DNA from: an archaeon
GTDB lineage: Archaea > Iainarchaeota > Iainarchaeia > Iainarchaeales > JANQMZ01
Direction of reading: 5' to 3'
Assembly (NCBI GenBank): GCA_028279805.1
Contig: JANQMZ010000007.1
Span: forward strand, 240,001 to 272,000
DNA length: 32,000 nt
The position numbers and the translations under genes are program-made. Positions 29,972 to 32,000 of the stretch are shown in pieces. The notes below the pieces were generated by a model. It was not told the origin of the DNA. It saw only the letters and a program-made list of their open reading frames with translations, and made no database searches. Numbering within the stretch: position 1 is the stretch's first letter; each line of letters begins with the position of its first letter.

Positions 29972-31927
29972 GTGGCTTTTGAATTCATTTTACCTTCGGC
30001 AATACTCGCATTAATTTCAGCCGGAGTTCTGGCTTTTATTGTTGTTGGAAAAGACCATGGCAATGAAAAAATTCAGGAATTGTCAACAGCAATCAGGGAA
30101 GGAGCATTTGCTTATTTGAAAAAACAGTATTCAATGCTCGCCGTTTTTGTTGTTTTGGTTGCAATAGTTTTATGGCAGGTTTTGGGCAATGAAGCTTTGG
30201 CTGTAAATTTTGTTTTGGGAGCAATCGCTTCCACTCTTGCAGGTTTTGTGGGAATGAATATTGCCACACTGGCTAATGCTAGGACTACTCAGGCTGCAAC
30301 AGTAAAACTTGAAGAAGCTTTAAGGGTTGCATTTTTTTCAGGAGCAGTACTGGGATTGTTTGCTGTTGGAATAGGATTACTGGGAATAAATTTATTGTAT
30401 GATTTTTTTGGTTCAACTGAATTAATTTTTGGTTTTGCTTTCGGAGCAAGTTCAGTTGCATTGTTTGCAAGAGTCGGCGGAGGAATTTACACAAAAGCAG
30501 CGGATGTTGGGGCAGACTTGGTTGGAAAAGTTGAAGCTGGAATTCCGGAAGATGATCCAAGGAACCCAGCGGTTATTGCTGACGCTGTAGGGGATAATGT
30601 TGGTGATGTTGCCGGAATGGGAGCAGACTTGTTTGAAAGTTATGTCGGGAGTATTATTGCTGCAATGGCTTTAGGAGTTTTAGCTTTTGGTTCAGAGGGA
30701 TTGTTTTTGCCGATGATTATTGCAAGCATCGGAATTGTCTCATCAGTTTTAGGAATTTTATATTTTAATTTTTTCAGAGGAAAAAACATTGGTTCTTCTT
30801 TAAGAAACGGAACAATTGTTGCAGCTGCATTAGTTGCATTTTCAACTTATTATTTTATAACAGAGTTTACCGGAATTGACATTGGAGTATTTTATTCAAT
30901 TATTTCAGGTTTGATTGCGGGTTTATTGATTGGTTTTATTACTGAGTATTATACTTCACATGATTTTAATCCGACAAGGTTTTTGTCAAAAAGTTCTGAA
31001 ACTGGTTCGGCTACAAACATTATTGCAGGATTAAGCTTGGGAAGCAAATCAACTGCTTTGCCAATACTTGTAATTGGTTTGGCTACTTGGACTGCTTTTC
31101 ATTTCGGAGGAGTTTATGGAATTGCTTTGGCAGGAGTTGGAATGCTGTCAACTCTGGGAATAACATTGGCTGTTGATGCTTATGGTCCGGTTGCGGATAA
31201 TGCAGGCGGATTATCTGAAATGGCAGGATTGGGTAAAAAGATTAGAAGCAGGACAGATGCTTTGGATGCAGCCGGTAATACTACTGCTGCTATTGGCAAA
31301 GGTTTTGCAATTGGTTCAGCTGCGTTAACTGCTTTGGCTTTATTTAATGCTTACGCTGCTACAACTGCAATTGAAGCAATTAATATTTTGAATCCGACTG
31401 TGATAATTGGCTTGTTAATCGGTGCAATGCTGCCTTATTTGTTTGCAAATTTTGCAATGTCGGCGGTTGGACAGGCAGCAGAGGAAATGATTTTAGAAGT
31501 TCGAAGACAATTTAAACAAATTAAAGGCTTAATGAAAGGCAAAGCAAAGCCTGATTATAAAAGATGTGTTGAAATTTCAACCAATGCAGCATTAAAAAGA
31601 ATGATTGCTCCGGGTTTGCTGGCAATATTTTCACCATTGGTGTTCGGTTTATTGTTAGGACCGGAAGCTGTTGGTGGCTTGCTGGCAGGAGCTCTTGCTT
31701 CAGGAGTAGTTCTTGCAATAATGATGGCTAATGCCGGCGGAGCATGGGATAATGCCAAGAAATATATTGAGTCAGGTAATTTCGGAGGCAAAGGTTCAGA
31801 TGCTCATAAAGCAGCTGTTGTTGGAGATACAGTTGGGGACCCTTTTAAAGATACTGCAGGGCCAAGCTTAAACATTCTCATTAAACTGATGAGTATTGTT
31901 TCAGTTGTTTTTGCAGTGTTATTTTAA
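29972..31927 (+). CDS. hppA: Membrane-bound ion-translocating pyrophosphatase (K+-dependent type)
   Basis: [61 protein letters not shown] and [19 protein letters not shown] start. Confidence 0.92.
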   Translation: MAFEFILPSAILALISAGVLAFIVVGKDHGNEKIQELSTAIREGAFAYLKKQYSMLAVFVVLVAIVLWQVLGNEALAVNFVLGAIASTLAGFVGMNIATLANARTTQAATVKLEEALRVAFFSGAVLGLFAVGIGLLGINLLYDFFGSTELIFGFAFGASSVALFARVGGGIYTKAADVGADLVGKVEAGIPEDDPRNPAVIADAVGDNVGDVAGMGADLFESYVGSIIAAMALGVLAFGSEGLFLPMIIASIGIVSSVLGILYFNFFRGKNIGSSLRNGTIVAAALVAFSTYYFITEFTGIDIGVFYSIISGLIAGLLIGFITEYYTSHDFNPTRFLSKSSETGSATNIIAGLSLGSKSTALPILVIGLATWTAFHFGGVYGIALAGVGMLSTLGITLAVDAYGPVADNAGGLSEMAGLGKKIRSRTDALDAAGNTTAAIGKGFAIGSAALTALALFNAYAATTAIEAINILNPTVIIGLLIGAMLPYLFANFAMSAVGQAAEEMILEVRRQFKQIKGLMKGKAKPDYKRCVEISTNAALKRMIAPGLLAIFSPLVFGLLLGPEAVGGLLAGALASGVVLAIMMANAGGAWDNAKKYIESGNFGGKGSDAHKAAVVGDTVGDPFKDTAGPSLNILIKLMSIVSVVFAVLF

Positions 31928-31951
31928 AAAAAATTACAAGAGGTGACAATT

Positions 31952-32000
31952 TTGGCAGAAGACAGATTTGGCAGAGAAATGCATAAAACAACTTGTTCTG
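31952..32000 (+). CDS. Partial 5' end of a small ORF, possibly a CxxC zinc-ribbon protein
   Basis: AGGTGA followed 5 nt later by TTG. The frame reads (M)AEDRFGREMHKTTCS and is then cut by the window edge. Only 16 codons are visible. Confidence 0.3.
   Translation, partial: MAEDRFGREMHKTTCS

Noticed and set aside
1-32000. CRISPR arrays, rRNA genes, transposases, and toxin-antitoxin or known defence-system genes
   Set aside because: I looked for regularly spaced direct repeats and hallmark motifs on both strands and saw none. The only repeat families are the hairpins and the intragenic duplication reported above.

Overview
AT-rich, very compact prokaryotic window with about 36 protein genes and 3 tRNAs. 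No CRISPR array, integrase or transposase was seen. Gene content and signals look archaeal, probably a small-genome DPANN-like lineage (inference). The support is A-type ATP synthase atpH-atpI at the left edge, a small RPA-like OB-fold protein, tRNAs without encoded CCA, and TATA-like boxes 25-30 nt upstream of several starts. Bacterial-flavoured parts are mixed in: lipobox lipoproteins, strong GGTGA-type Shine-Dalgarno sites, SufS/SufU and an RRM protein. Left to right: atpI/atpH; a YprB-like exonuclease convergent with the OB-fold gene; tRNA-Arg; secreted and membrane hypotheticals; and a 743-aa internally duplicated surface protein with a small membrane-anchored partner. Next come HIT, a lipoprotein FKBP, two tandem tRNA-Ser genes, a DUF1704/MATCAP-like peptidase, MscS and a single-chain GMP synthase. 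A codon-shifted island follows (Fur-family regulator, RRM protein, CzcO/ArsO-like flavoprotein with extra domains, ACR3-like permease). The right part holds NikR divergent from a ZnuABC-type transporter, a small GPGDDG-repeat secreted protein, an ArsR-type regulator heading sufCBDSU plus nnr, then rpe and a membrane pyrophosphatase. The least explained signal is non-coding. The tRNA-Ser pair is wrapped in twelve short GC-rich hairpins, including a 46-nt two-hairpin module present twice whose stem differences are all compensatory. Related isolated GC-rich hairpin islands occur in other intergenic spacers. All product calls come from motif recognition by eye; no database search was run.
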